Position numbers and translations under genes: made by a program. A stretch of DNA of 63,312 nucleotides, filler included, from Choristocarpus tenellus KU-1152 (lineage: Eukaryota > Protista > Phaeophyceae): the NCBI GenBank assembly GCA_964200185.2. It is 12 parts of 12 records of this genome, joined end to end, with 100 filler letters (N's around TTAATTAATTAA, not from the genome) between each part and the next. Parts side by side here need not be neighbours in the genome. Positions count along the whole stretch, not along the records: positions 38,321 to 44,777 come from CAXNAD020008104.1; positions 44,878 to 48,314 come from CAXNAD020020036.1; positions 48,415 to 53,950 come from CAXNAD020010486.1; positions 54,051 to 56,681 come from CAXNAD020026124.1; positions 56,782 to 60,423 come from CAXNAD020018781.1; 7 more parts are not named here. One strand, given 5' to 3'. A model generated the notes under the pieces. That model did not search any database and was not told the origin of the DNA. It worked only from the letters and a program-made list of their open reading frames with translations. How positions within the stretch are numbered: position 1 is the stretch's first letter; each line of letters opens with the position of its first letter. Of this stretch, positions 39,176 to 57,074 are shown one piece after another.

Positions 39176-40121
39176 AAAACCTTTCAAACCCAGTTCCTGC
39201 ACACCTTTTTACTGCCAAGGTACTACCTCTAGAGGTAGCTGTGAGAACCCATCCCTATCTAACCTGTGTTTTTTATTTTAGAACGTGAAGTGTGTATGTA
39301 TGAAAGATTTGATACGCACAACCTGATATCTCACAACATTCTAACCTACATGAGCAACCTCTTTAGAACTCTGTGTCGGCCATAGAGCTAGTGTGTGCAA
39401 CTGTTGTAACTGCCAGAATCTCAAGCTGAACCTTACTCAGAGTTTGTACTATTTCATAATCTGGAGCATATATGATCACTACTTGGACAACCTATATTTC
39501 AATATCCTTAGGTCTAACCACACCACCCGAGCCCAATAATGCTCTTGGGTCTATCCCCAGCTAACCTTAACCCTATACCACTACAACAATGCCCCAAGGC
39601 CTAACTTTTGTCTGTACCACCCCCATAATCTCGACCTCTCAACTCTCCCTACAATATCCCTACCCTAGTGTTCCTTTGAATCACCCCTAAACCTGTATTT
39701 TTTCTAAATCAATTCTAAACCTCTACTACCTATCATTATCCCTAACCCTATTGCTGCTATTGTCCCGTAACCTAAGAGGACCTACTGCTCTGGAGTATAT
39801 TGTAACTCTTGTTATTTCCCATCACCCTCGAATGCCAGCTACATTGTATCCCCTATCATTATATCCCTCGCCCCAAAATACTGATCTCGTCCAGCAATCC
39901 ATAAATTGCTACTATTATATACTACAACTACAACTACGCTGCACACGTCATCCCCCAACCCTGAATCAATTCGACCTGACTCAATAACAAATTTGCAACA
40001 TTTTGTTACTGAATGCGTACTTGCGTATGTGCTATCGTCTATACATACATATATACATACATACATACATACATACGATACCTATATAAACTTGTTCAAT
40101 TCTTTGTTCTGTCATTATCAG

Positions 40122-44413
<4,292 letters not shown>

Positions 44414-45199
44414 TGAGGTCAAGTGCCATACATGGTTTGGCACAACCTGTAGAGCTCTATTCATTAGTGGAATGCCAGGGGGGAGGAGATGGGAAGGAAG
44501 CACTGGTAAAAAAAACTGCTTCAAGCAAATAAAAAAAAATTAGCCAAGTTTTTTTAAGTAAATATATATATATATACTAGTATATTTTTTATGCATATAG
44601 AGGGAGCAAGCATGTCTGTGTGTACGACTGGCAATAGTTCTGTGAGACATTGACCTTTGGACTGATAGGAAGGGTTAAGCGTGTGCTGCAGAAGTGAGGG
44701 GAGGAGCATTAGAGGTCTACTTTTGATTACGGTAGAACGTTTTGATCAAGTACCTCGGGAGTATATTTGATTCAGCANNNNNNNNNNNNNNNNNNNNNNN
44801 NNNNNNNNNNNNNNNNNNNNNTTAATTAATTAANNNNNNNNNNNNNNNNNNNNNNNNNNNNNNNNNNNNNNNNNNNNCCTGTGGGTCTTCCCGCTCCCCT
44901 TCATTACGAAGAACCTGTCGACTGTTTCCACCTGTTTCACAAGATATCTAATTTATATGTTAGAATTCAAACCAGTAACCTCATAGCTTCCACTTTGAAA
45001 TCTACGATGCCACTGAACGCAAAGAACGGGGTGAGGACGTACGACGAAACTGACGAAATAATGGGTTGGGCTCGTGGGTGTGACTTAAACTGGACTCCAA
45101 AAGACAAGGCAATGTTGAAAATATGGCCTTGAATCCTCCGATCCAACCTACATAACCTCTTGCAGTATACGTAGAGATGTTAGAGGCACTCGAGGAGTG

Positions 45200-46920
45200 G
45201 GACTGGTACTAATGGGGCAAGTTTTAAAACAGGCCACCCACTAGAGTACACTTCGGCGAACGGATAATGAAGGTTCTATTACTGTTCAAATTGGATTACC
45301 TTCTTTGTCGGATATGCCCCAACAGAGGAAACCCCAACACGTCGTGGTGCAACAGAGCCCTGCTAAGGACAACTTTGATCTTCTGATGGACACAAACGCC
45401 AGCACTGGAAAAGGAGAGGGAAGGAAAAGGGGCGTCACAACAGCAGGTTATACTTGAGGCGTATGTGTGTGATATCTTATCAACAATGGTAAGCGCCTGT
45501 TCATGTGTATGCCGAGGTGAATAGACTTCCCCTCATCAACGCATTCTTCAGTGTATCCAAGAAATAGGGGTTCCACACTTAATTTGGCAACCGATTGGGG
45601 AGAGGGTACCTCCATCGTGATATCGTGATCAAGTTCTCATGTGCCACCTTGACCGTCATCTTGCACTCAACGTGAGGGTCTTTTCAGTGGTACCAACGGA
45701 ATCTGATCACTGTGTCATCTCGATATTCGTGAGTCTCCTTCATGGATATGCTCCCAATCGCAAGTTGAAAGTGACGAACTAGTGGAAAGAGTTGCATTTT
45801 GCTTAACCAATGAGTTCTGATATCGAGTGGACCCTTCCACTGGATTTGGCGAGCGAGGTTGCGGCTATAATCCTCTTCGGGCAGAACCAGTGACAGACAC
45901 AACAGGTGTAATGGGAAGTGTTAACACCATGGTACCTTCATACGTATCCCATTTGTTAGGTGCTGCTATGGAAGTACTGCCAACTCCATTCACAGAAGGT
46001 ATTGTCGAGGAGGGTGATACGTATGTGACCAAGCCCAAGGAAGATTCTTTAGGACCGAGGAGGATCAAGAATGGGCGTCTCGGCAAACCTACAGACCCTA
46101 AAATTCCATCTTCAAGAGGCGATTGGATCCAGTTTGCAGAATTTTATCGGCACCTACATCATCACCAAGATCACAGCGCCAGGTTGAGCTGGATTCTACC
46201 AACACTGAGTCAAAGTAAGCAAGGAGTACCCAGATTTTCATTTTAAGGATGTCAGCAAATTTGTACAAAATTCGACTTTTTTCCAAATTTGTATAGGATA
46301 TTTTCCATATTGCCTCGAAATGTTTCAAATAAATTGAGAAATAAACCCTCCAAATCAAACTTCGGACTTCATGTATGGAAACATGAGTGATTGTAAAAGA
46401 TTGAAAAACTGGCTTCAAATGCAAAATGGACACAAAGTGAGTACCTCTCATTTACTTTGACTCACTAGAAAGGGTACAATGTAGAAAGGATCATAGTGCC
46501 TTCCAATACATCCACACAGAATATGACTGCCTAGGAAGAGAGAGCAAGGACCCCTTAATGAATGGTGGGGATGTTAAATGAGGTGCTCCTGAATACGAAA
46601 GTCAGTCAACCTCATCCCTGACGCACCAATGCTAGAAGTGGCAGATGATATCCGTCCTTGGCAAACAAGAAGGCAACAGTACCACATGGTCTTTGCAAAC
46701 TCTGAAATTGACTTCAAAGGGGAGGAGATTGTCATTCCGGGAGTCCAAAAATGGTGTCGACTCTGTGGGGAAAAGAAGATATTTCGGAGGATGCTGGCAT
46801 CAAAGTGGTCCTCAATGCTGTTGAATGACAACTGGGAACTTACCTGAAACAAGAGAACGTACTCTATAGGAGGAGTGTGGTTTCTGGTCTCAGCATTTCA
46901 TAGTGGGCACGATGTACACC
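45200..46920 (+). mobile_element. Possible decayed piggyBac-like transposase, interrupted by a family E MITE
   Basis: Fragments RKLKVTN*WKELHF and QKWCRLCGEKK...SAFH resemble the KWW box and Cys-rich tail; heavily broken. Confidence 0.4.
46207..46463 (+). mobile_element. MITE family E with 3-bp ACT duplication; inverted copy at 50369-50592
   Basis: Perfect 12-bp TIR GAGTCAAAGTAA / TTACTTTGACTC, with ACT on both flanks. Internal segment CAAAATTCGACTTTTTT is shared in reverse with the 50369 copy. Confidence 0.85.
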
Positions 46921-47313
46921 CGACATGCCCTCCATGAGAGCTCGAATTTGAAAAACATATAATTCAGCTCATGTATTTTGTTGGCTTAAGGAAAACATAT
47001 CACTCTTTTGACCACGATCTCCTGTAGACTGCTTTTGTTTGCCAAGTTCAGAGTACGTGGGAAGTTGATCTCGGTCATCTGCCAGTTTCATGTTGGAATG
47101 TGGGCATGAGTTTGCTGGACCTTGGGTAAAAACTGGGACTATGCCAAATAGATTCGTATTCTTCCTGCAGTTTGATCCATCTTGCCTATCCTGAAACCTC
47201 CATGCAATAACTGTATATAAACAGCATTTTCAAAATACTCATGGGTTATACCTCCCACATCAGAGAGATTCTCTGGTCTAGTTCCTTTGGTATAGCTTTC
47301 CCTTTTACCAAAG

Positions 47314-47494
47314 GAGCCAAAGTATCTGGGGAGGGGTGGCGACTGTCCATTTTGGGGCCATTTTTTCATGTCGCGATTTTTGAGTGACTTGGTTGCATAC
47401 GACGGATGGATAATGTAAGTGCACTTTTGCTGATTATGGCCCAAATGTACACCCTGTTGTAGACCCCACCCCACCCCACCAGATACTCTGGGTC
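47314..47494 (+). mobile_element. MITE family B (~180-200 bp), full copy
   Basis: TIRs GAGCCAAAGTATCTGG and CCAGATACTCTGGGTC. Other copies at 53735-53936, 26046-26116, 26217-26240, 29399-29421 and 60524-60592, with degenerate ones near 14525-14775 and 18971-19013. Confidence 0.87.
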
Positions 47495-49385
47495 AAACAC
47501 AGGATATCTTTGCATGTGCATATGCCATGGATGCTACACAGTTTCCTCCCAAGAAGGATTCATGCTGTGAAATATATTTTTTCTTTTTCTTCCTTTTTGG
47601 AAGGAGTCTGGTGTGGTGCATGAGGTGCAAGGTCATCACAGGAAGAAGAAGACACCTCCAGAGGAAAAAGGTTCTACACCATTTTTTTTTTGAGAGGTCA
47701 AACAACTTGGGGACTATTGAGGACGACACGAAGGACTCCAAATGATGAGAAAATGAAAAAATAAACCGCTCGGAATTCCTAAATCACGACTCTCGCTTCA
47801 AATATTATACTATTTTCATTTTTCAGGGTCAAACTGGAAACATCTCAACTTTACCTCGAATTCTATTGAAGAAAGCAATATGAAAAATGGCTCCCAACAA
47901 AGAGGTGGAAGGTGGTCATCCTCTGCCTGGAACATTGGCAAGTGTGGCGGAGTTCAGAAACAACAGTAAAAAACCCCAAGAAAACTAGAGGTAATTTTTT
48001 GAGTTTCGCATTCATAAAAAAACGCTACCCCTAAAACATGAAGAAACTCGGCTTTGGGGTTAGGGTTTTCTAATTCACAATAGTCGCTATATGCTCTCAA
48101 AAAGAGATGGGAAGTGTTTAATAGCAATACGATCTTCCACCAAACTACAACAAGAACTGTTGCATAGTATTAATTGTTGTCTCACTTCGTTTATTATTCT
48201 TTGTATGTACTAACCAAGTGGTTTACAAGAATATTTCTAGTGGCATTACAATAGTTGGATTCTTGGGATGCTTCCTTAGCTCCCCCCCCAGGGGCACAGG
48301 AGTAGGTAGATGGGNNNNNNNNNNNNNNNNNNNNNNNNNNNNNNNNNNNNNNNNNNNNTTAATTAATTAANNNNNNNNNNNNNNNNNNNNNNNNNNNNNN
48401 NNNNNNNNNNNNNNCCCAGTCAATTTTGGGTCAAGCCCATACTCAATGAAAAGCTCCATCCTCAATTTTTGAAATCGGCTGTTATTTCAGGGGATCCAAG
48501 AATGAGATTTACCCACATCGGTTATTCCTTGAGGAGTCTCCTCAACATGAGAGACGTGCTGAAGACTACAAAATTCCCAAATAAATTTTCCTTATGCAGT
48601 ATCCAGTCCCTCATAATATCTGCATTATTTCCTTGAGAAGTCGGTGAACCACAGTCTGAAAAGGGACAGAAACGATTCATGAACGAACCATGTGGACAAA
48701 CCTTTTTACTGGTCCAACAGGCAGGCTAGCAAGCTCCAATGACCTGAGAGAGAAAACAACATTATATTTTTGTTCACACATCTGTAAAAATAAAGAGTGA
48801 AAATGTAAGCACAACCATCTCTGAGCTTACATGAATGAAGTAGTTCAGAAACAGACGAACAGACAAATCTTGACATGGAAATTTAGTTCCCAATCAATGT
48901 GTTGCTTGGAGTACAATCTAGGGTCATTCAACAAATGATGCCTCCTTCAACATTGGTCTCAGATATTGGTTCAAGGTTGTTTCTTAGTCTTTATTTTCAC
49001 AGTCGAACCACTGGTTGTATCTCATACAATTTTTATTTTTCCCTTGGATTTGCTCCCACTTACAAACCGAGCTCACTCTGCACTAAGTGTACCAGATACC
49101 AACTTAGTTCCACTTTTTCCAACCCTAAACCTTCTTTGTGTTGCCAACCGCACCTCACCAATCTATATTGTTGCCACATCACCATATTAATCACTCTCCA
49201 AAACAAAGAGGTAATCTGCATAATATTTTTCTTCTCCGCGTTTATCATCTTCAGTTTCTTCCATCCAGCATTTATCCACTTCACATTCAATCATCCACTC
49301 CAAAATAATATTTATCAACACCACATTATTCATCACCTTGCTCTGTATTCATTCATCCACCTCCCCACCATACTGAACTTTTGAA

Positions 49386-49642
49386 GAGCCAAAACCAGTT
49401 GAGAGGTAGGCAAAGTTACATTTTAAGGATCGGAGAAAGGACAAGAAGAGGCGACTGTGTAAAATTGCAGAAAGAGCCATTGCTGAGTTGTAGGTTTTCT
49501 TTTTGTGTGGAAAGGTAAGTACCAATTTGGCGTACACTATTGTAAACGTAAACCAGCGAAATAAGTGTATTGCACAGGGTGAGAGACATGACTTACAATG
49601 CAAAATAGTCCAAACCTGCCCACCCCATGATTGATATGGCTT
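49386..49642 (-). mobile_element. MITE family C, inverted copy with TGAA duplication
   Basis: Reverse-complement homology to 30614-30893; TGAA at 49382-49385 and 49643-49646. Confidence 0.82.
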
Positions 49643-49999
49643 TGAACTAGAAGACATCCACCATGGCTGAGCTTGACCCCTCACCCTCATCATCCCACTC
49701 AATCGTGAGCAATCAAGAGGGTGGGGGGTGGGTGGCGGGATTGCTCATATTTCTTTTAGCGTGCCCCCCCTTTCTTCACCTTATCCTAATCTATTACGAT
49801 GACCTACTTCAGGCTCCTCTGCTAGACGCCCACTAATTTGTGTCCCTACTACCAACAGTGGGTAGAATGGTATAGGATCAACAGATGGGTAGATTTTTAT
49901 ACGCTTGGCGCATAGATGGATGGGTGTTGTCCCTGGTGACACAATAGCAAATAAAGATTTTTCCACACAGTGAAGGGGCAGGGCTGAAGTCTGGGATTG

Positions 50000-52900
50000 A
50001 GGACACATCACAAGCCCCTCTCATTTCGTTCAAGTGGGTGGGAACTCCAGGGCATGTCTCCTGCGCATTGAGGTCTTGGTAGGGTCGTACAGCATTCAGC
50101 AAGAATGACGGGTGTTATCGGGAAGGAGACGATCCTAACATCGAACCCAAATGAATGGGGGTAACAGGCGCAACAGCATTACATACATCCGCATAGAGAT
50201 CCAGTCATCAAAGTTTCTGTTGCCTTTACTGGATAGTCAACACAATCTCATTGCAGAGTCACATATTGGGTCTGTATTTGAGAATGGGGACAGCAGGGAG
50301 AAGACCGAACGATTGTGCATGATATTACAAAAGTAGTATGTTAATATTACTATTCTTTACCTACCACTGAGTCAAAGTAAAGGAGAGGTAACCATGTTTT
50401 GACCGTTTTGCATTTCACCCATATTTCTATGGATGAAGTGGCAAGTTTTGACTTGAGATGGTTGGTTTCTCTAGTGGTTGAAGTATTATGACAGAGTTCA
50501 ATTTTTTCCCTACACAAATTTATAAAAAAAGTCGAATTTTGCGCATATTTGTCAGCATCCTTAATAAGCAACTCTCTCATCTACTTTGTTTCGCTCGTTA
50601 CAGTAACGGTTAGGTCTAATTCTATCATTCGTCATTCTTTTGATTCTCCCTCATAAAAAGAAAAAAGAGACACGTATGTACCTCTCCGTTTCCACATCCG
50701 TACCTTCTCTACTATGCATGAAGAAGATAGATGCACTTATGGGCCTTTTCGTCTCCATGTTTGTACACGATCGATTCTGTAATATCACTTCCAAATATCT
50801 ACCATTTCAATACCTTGTTCTTCTATTCCTCCTGACGTTTTGGATGTGATGTCATAGAGAGGCGGAGAAAACAATGAACATGGCAACAAATTCTATGTTG
50901 CTTGCAAGGAAGGCCTTCCTGTTCCCCATTATTTGTAGTGTTACAATGTGAGCAGTGGTTGTAATGGTGTATAACCCCACGAATTGAAAATGAGATAATA
51001 AGAATTGGGTGTATGGGATGGTAGAATGCGGGGGGTATACCCCTGCATTCCAGATCAAAGGGGACAAAATTTGTGGATTACCCTGTAGAGATCCGTCTTT
51101 CCATAGAACTATCAAGTCAAAATAATTTTGAATCGAGTTGTACCTCCAATGGACAAAAAAAGTGGGAATATACCCCCCTTTTGTCCATTCCTGTTATATA
51201 TACTTGAAGTATTTGAAAACAAGAAACGGACGTCTTCCAAACATGATATCACCATCTACGCTTACTAAAAAAAACTTGTCTTTGCTGCTTTGCAGTTTGT
51301 CGATCTTCGCAAGATCATCCTTTGTGATGCAACAATATCAGAATACCATACCTCGTCTTTCAGCTCAACCTTGTTCTCCACTCCGAGCGAATCATTGAGT
51401 ATCGATAAACCAAACACCTGCCACACATTGATCGCTATCCTCTTTCTCAATCACTCAACGTTCTAGGGTACACCATGGCACACACACACAAAGAAGTTCA
51501 ATCATTCGTAACCATTTCACTTGTTTCACCCAAGGAAAGGGGCGATATCTCTGCATAACAGAGGATTGGGTGAGAAGCACCACCACCAACCAGAAGATAC
51601 AGTGAGACAAGTAGAATACACTTGTTAACATATATATATATATTTTTTCTTTCCTAGCAACAGACACAGTTTGTTCGAATATTTCTGTTGTGAAGCCTTG
51701 AATCTCACGCCACTCTCTTCCCTGTAAGCCAGGAGTGCTAGCAGTGCTAAGGCCATACTGCCACATGGACAACCGTTACCACAGTAGCTCTATCAAACAG
51801 CACACGGTGACATCACCTCCTATGTGCTGGGGAGTAAATAATCTTTCAAGTCTGCGAACATCATCACAGACAATGCATTGACGCCTTCCGAATGGGTAAA
51901 ACATAAGGAAAAACGTTTGTAGGGCCACATACAAAGAACGATAAAACACTACTATGTTCCCTCCTCAACGAATGACGCCGCTCCTCCCTTCGTCATGTGT
52001 AGAGCACCAACAGAATGAGCACCAGCAGAATTGCCGAAAGGACCACAATCACAAGAAAATTTCTCATGCCACCTGAGCAAAAAAAAAGAACAGATTCAAC
52101 ACAGGAAAAGGTGAGGCAGACTCTGCCATGAACACACGGGGGTTGTGATAAATCGAGAAGCAAAGGCAGTGAAGTCCTTGTCACTAAAATACTTTGCGCT
52201 GTACAAGGAAGGCGTTCGTATAGATGTTTGTACAGGTTTTTCTATACATGGATGAGTAGAAAAGAAAAAGTCACACACACACACACACACAACAAAAGGC
52301 ATGTATTTTTTATATACTACAACGTACACCTAGTCACAACCTACCAACCACAGGGTCATGTGGAGTAGTTGGGCTGCCAACACTCCCCCCTCCCCCCCCA
52401 AAAGCTCTACTTTTGCCCGCTTCCCACCACTAGTGAGCTCATACTTCTAAATCACAAATGGTGGGCACAAGCAACTTATGGGGATGATTAACTACAGTGT
52501 ATGAATGCGCTCCAAACATTACACGTCTCAGGTAATGTCCCCTATTAAGTCTCCTTAACCAGCTAAACGCTACCAACGAAGTGAAAACCTTGGGGGGGGG
52601 GGGGCACAAACGCTTAGCGACCTGAAGAGTAGGGGCTCTCACCCTAGCTGTAACGGTGGGAATGCACCTCGACATTTCCACCGTTACAAAACAACAACAT
52701 AGGAGGAGTTCTGCATCACGACATTTCGATCAGCTTCACTTCAACCAATCACAATAACTGAAAAAAGTTTGAATAATTCAGTTACTCAATTCACAAATCA
52801 CATTACAGCCAGAAGTGTCACACCACTGATGAGTGCCGGGGTCGCAGAAGAACCACATATTCATCACAAGGTGTCACTAATCACCACTCAATACTCAATG

Positions 52901-53011
52901 TTGTTCGTGGCTTTGGATTCTCTTCCTCAGGTCCTATAAGCGATGCCGCCTCTTGCGCTAATAACACTTCGGTCTAACGATATATAGACACATACATACA
53001 AATATACATAT

Positions 53012-53043
<32 letters not shown>

Positions 53044-53420
53044 TTTCCTTTCTAGCCGGTATGTTCGTACCCGTAAAACATTTCAGGTTCACAACGCTAG
53101 AAGGTAGGGTTTTTGACGCCTTCCATGGCGCATTGCCGAGAAAGCGAACCGCTGTGTGTGCGTAGAGCAGGTACACGCCACCCAGATGCTACTTTCTTTC
53201 AACTGTTTCGAGACTAAACAAGCTCTCGTGCTCTGAAAACCTCTCAAGTATGAGCTTAGCTTACATATGCAAAAAGGATCGAAACGCGTGTATGGGGGGG
53301 TGGGGGGGTGGGGGGGTGGGGGGGGGGCGTTGAAGATTTTTCTTTTTTTGAGCGGAAAGCGCACTGCGGTGTCACGACCAGTCGAATCTGAAGATTCTTT
53401 TTTTTCCGTCATTTTTATTT
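50000..53420 (-). pseudogene. Decayed exon-like coding relics of unknown identity
   Basis: One exon-like block near 51140-51417 has CAG/GT boundaries and an internal frameshift (…DDLAKIDKLQSSKDKFFLVSVDGDIML…). No family recognised. Confidence 0.25.
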
Positions 53421-53734
53421 TATTTTAATTTGTTCAATCCATTGAACACTACTGTGTATTCGACGTATACAGCACACAACAAAAAATATACATACACTCA
53501 TCACCACCGTGGTCCATACCATTCATTGTTCAATGCGGCTCAAGGTTTGACAAGAATGAATCAATAGATTTGTGGCTTCTTCAAGTTGGGTCCTATCTTA
53601 TCACAGAATCCTGCCAAAACTACTCATCACTGTTGTTTCTCAGAACCTCGAGATTTCAAAAGCTGACTTGACAAAACCATCAAAGCCTTTGGGAAGCTAC
53701 TCAGTAAAGCCACGCCTTCGCAATGTGGGGAACT

Positions 53735-53936
53735 GGATCAAAGTATCTGGGGTGTGTGTGTGTGTGTGTGTGTGTGGCGACTGTCCATTTGGGGTCAATT
53801 TTTTCATGTCACGATATTTGGGTGATTTGGTTCCATACGTTGGATGGATAATGAAAATGCACTTTCCTGGTTTTGGTCCCAAATGGACACTCTGGTGTAG
53901 ATCCCCCCTCCCCCCCCCCCTCAGATACTTTGGGTC
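53735..53936 (+). mobile_element. MITE family B, full copy with internal (GT)n expansion
   Basis: GGATCAAAGTATCTGG...CAGATACTTTGGGTC, collinear with 47314-47494. Confidence 0.87.
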
Positions 53937-54050
53937 AAGAGTTCTCTCGGNNNNNNNNNNNNNNNNNNNNNNNNNNNNNNNNNNNNNNNNNNNNTTAATT
54001 AATTAANNNNNNNNNNNNNNNNNNNNNNNNNNNNNNNNNNNNNNNNNNNN

Positions 54051-56681
54051 GGGTTCATGCTTCCTGTAGCTACAGAGTCTAAGTTCCCTGGAGCTGAAGA
54101 CTCCAGGGCGCACCCTCAGGGCAACTCGGGAACTTCAGAATCGGTCGGGCTGCTTGCAAATAGTGGCGGAAACTCAAAGTCCTGCATCGCGGCGAGGTAG
54201 TGCAAATGGGAATCTGTCAAGGCTACCATCGTACGCCGCTCGTTCGCTGAGGTAGTACTTGACTTATCTTGGGAAAGATGTGCAAAGTAACCCTTAGGTA
54301 CTACGGAGTCGTCGTGAGTATACCTGCACCTGCAGCCGATAGACTTGAAGCATTTGCCACCAAAAGCATGATGGAAACAAACTCGATGTGCCTTGAGCCA
54401 CTTGATAACCTCATCTTGGGAAGCAGATGGTGAAGGTAAATCCTTGCCCGAATGTTGTCGACGTGCATCGCTCGCTCTGTCTTTGGTTATAGAGGACGTG
54501 GATTGGGGCACAGATTGGGTGGCGGGTGTTGCTGGTCGAACGGGTGCGGATGCATTGCTCTTAGAAACGAATGTGGTCCCATGTTTCCCAGGAGCAGAAG
54601 CAGGTTGGTTTGTCAACGCAGCACAGACAATGGGCTAGAGGTTTTGGGACAAAACAGGTTGGAGCATCGGTGCGAGGGCCGCCAGCACACTGTTGACCAC
54701 CTCTTGGTGTGGTGGTGGATTCTGACTTGGCACCTCCTGCGGCAAGGATGTCCTGCTATGTTGAGGTAATTCCAGTTCCTGTCTGCCTATCGGGGTTTCA
54801 ACTGGGGCAGACAAAGGGTCCGACATGCTTGCAAACATAGCACGAGCGTTAGCCATGCTACCTAAAGCAGTAGGTGTCCTATCTTTGGACGACGCAGGTT
54901 TTGTAGCATTTTGATTGGTTGGGGAAAATGCGTACTGGTCGCTACGATTGGACAATTCTTCGATAAGATCGTCAAAGGTCAATTCTGCTTTAATTCCCCG
55001 CTGTACCATTTCATCTCTTAAATAATTATTCTGGGAAATTGCCAGAGGTTGAATTTGGTTCCGAATCTCCTTTCGAAATTGAAAATGCCATTGACTGTAC
55101 TCCAATCTGATCTAGAACATTGGGAAGAAGAATAGGAAGAGCTCGTTCGCATAGATCAATGAGTTGATCTTCAGCTATATACCTCCAAAAGAAAGTTGTC
55201 TCGCAAACATGAGGCATCCGCGAATCTACGGTGTATGCTCGATAATGTAAGACAAGCCGGTTGGCTGCAGCTTTCCACGATTCCCCTCTCTCGGTCCTTA
55301 AAGAACTCATTGCGTTCTTTACGGCATTTTTTGACTGACTATACGAAAGGGTGCATTCTCTCTCACCAGGATACGGACCCACTCGGTCGCTGTCATGTCT
55401 TCCCGAGGAACCCGAAGGAGGTGTCCGGTGACGCTCGGGACTTCCACTGTAGATGAGTCACTTAGGAGATCACTGTGGGTCCTAAGAGAGTCAGACAGTA
55501 GTTGCTCAAGAAGCTCTATGCGGAAAGGGGTAAGGGCATCACTACGTGGACGTGATGTATTACGATAGTGGACACGATCTTTGGGTAAGGCCCACGATCC
55601 TCCTTGAACCCTCCCTAAAGCCTTGGTAAGAGCGTCAGCAAAAAAAACGGGGTTGTTTGACATGGTTGGGGCGGAGTTATCTGCAGGTACTCCAAGAAAG
55701 ACGGGGCCGTGAGCAGGGTCTCCGAGTTTCTTATGAATGCGTTCCATGGTTTTAACACAATCTTGGTGATAACGCATATCGAGGTTGCGCTCTTGCCTAT
55801 CGGGTCGTGACTCACGTGACTCGGCTCGAATACGTAACTCATGATTCTCTCTTCGCAACACTGCCTCAACCTCTCTGGACCGACGCACCGTACTCAGGCT
55901 ATTCCTTCAAGATTGTCTGGGTGATACAGACCTGTGCGGAGAAGAATTATCACTGGCCTGACGGTGACGACGCGGTGAACGGGTACGGCCTCTGCGTTCT
56001 TCTCTGGTCCGCCTTCCGTGTCGATGAGAGTGTCTGTCCCGGGATCGTGACCTGGAGCGGGATCTGCCATATCTCGACCTGGAGCGGGATCTGCCACGAG
56101 TGGAAGACCGGAAACGAACGCGCTCTCTGCGCTTGTCTCGACGTTCAGTAGCGTGGACACGACTGCGACCAGAATTGCCTTGACTTGCGGTACTGGACTG
56201 TAATGTCTCGGAATCATCAATTCCTTGGAGAGTCTGTGGATCGGAGGCGACCTCAGCTTCCCGCGAATGCTGGGGGTTGGACATGTCTGTAAACCTGGGG
56301 GGTACGAGGGCAAGATGGCAACCAAAAGCGAACAAAAATGTATGAGTAAAGGAACGCAGAACAATTGACTACCTAGGCAACGTCTCGACCATGGTGGTCA
56401 AAGACCGCGCATTTAATTACTATAGGCGATTGATGTGGCGATCAGAGGCCACTCGTTCTATGGCTAGAGAAGGGCGATTCCCTCAGAGCCACCCAAGCTC
56501 TCAGATCAATTAGATGACCAGTCCAGGGAGGGAAGCCTGTAGACGACGAATGAAGACCTCAAACCCAGGTAGGATCAGAAACCAACCCAGGTGGAACTAG
56601 AAAACAATCCGATGTGTTAGGGTGAACAAGGAGTAATCTCTCCAGTTTGAAGAGTCTCGGTAGGACCTCCATGTTACAGGC
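54051..56681 (-). mobile_element. 5' part of an LTR retrotransposon (probably Ty3/Gypsy): LTR end, PBS and a disrupted gag-like ORF with RS-rich N-terminus and C-terminal CCCH finger
   Basis: The minus strand reads ...TGTAACA|TGGAGGTCCTACCGAGACTC. ORFs 56335-55907 and 55888-55319 are in the same frame separated by one TGA; they then tile via frameshifts into 55382-55026, 55105-54635 and 54616-54116 (VCFHHAFGGKCFKSIGCRCRYTH). Confidence 0.8.
56652..56671 (-). promoter_or_regulatory. Primer-binding site complementary to the tRNA-Gln 3' end
   Basis: Plus strand GAGTCTCGGTAGGACCTCCA resembles eukaryotic tRNA-Gln 3' ends (TCTCGGTGGGACCT-CCA) and abuts the LTR-terminal CA. Confidence 0.8.
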
Positions 56682-57074
56682 NNNNNNNNNNNNNNNNNNN
56701 NNNNNNNNNNNNNNNNNNNNNNNNNTTAATTAATTAANNNNNNNNNNNNNNNNNNNNNNNNNNNNNNNNNNNNNNNNNNNNCCCCAGATACTATGACCCT
56801 GCATCCTGTTCCACCTGGCAATGAATCCATGTACTGCTAATGGTTTACCAATTAATATTTGTGGACTTATTCATTTTGCGCTTACACTTGGTAACACCAC
56901 ATTGCCTATTGAAGCTTGGGTGATTCCCCAACTTAGCCCCAATAAAATACTGTTCGATAATGGTGTCATGTGCAGGCCTTTGGTGCAATTCTTGATTGGC
57001 AAAAAACAACGTCTCTCTCTTTCTACAACAGCTTCAGCTGGACATCACATGGCAAGGAGGCTCACGCAATAAGT

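Noticed and set aside
55907-56335. Host SR splicing factor gene
   Set aside because: No RRM, no introns, and it lies directly downstream of an LTR end and PBS in frame with the gag-like ORF.
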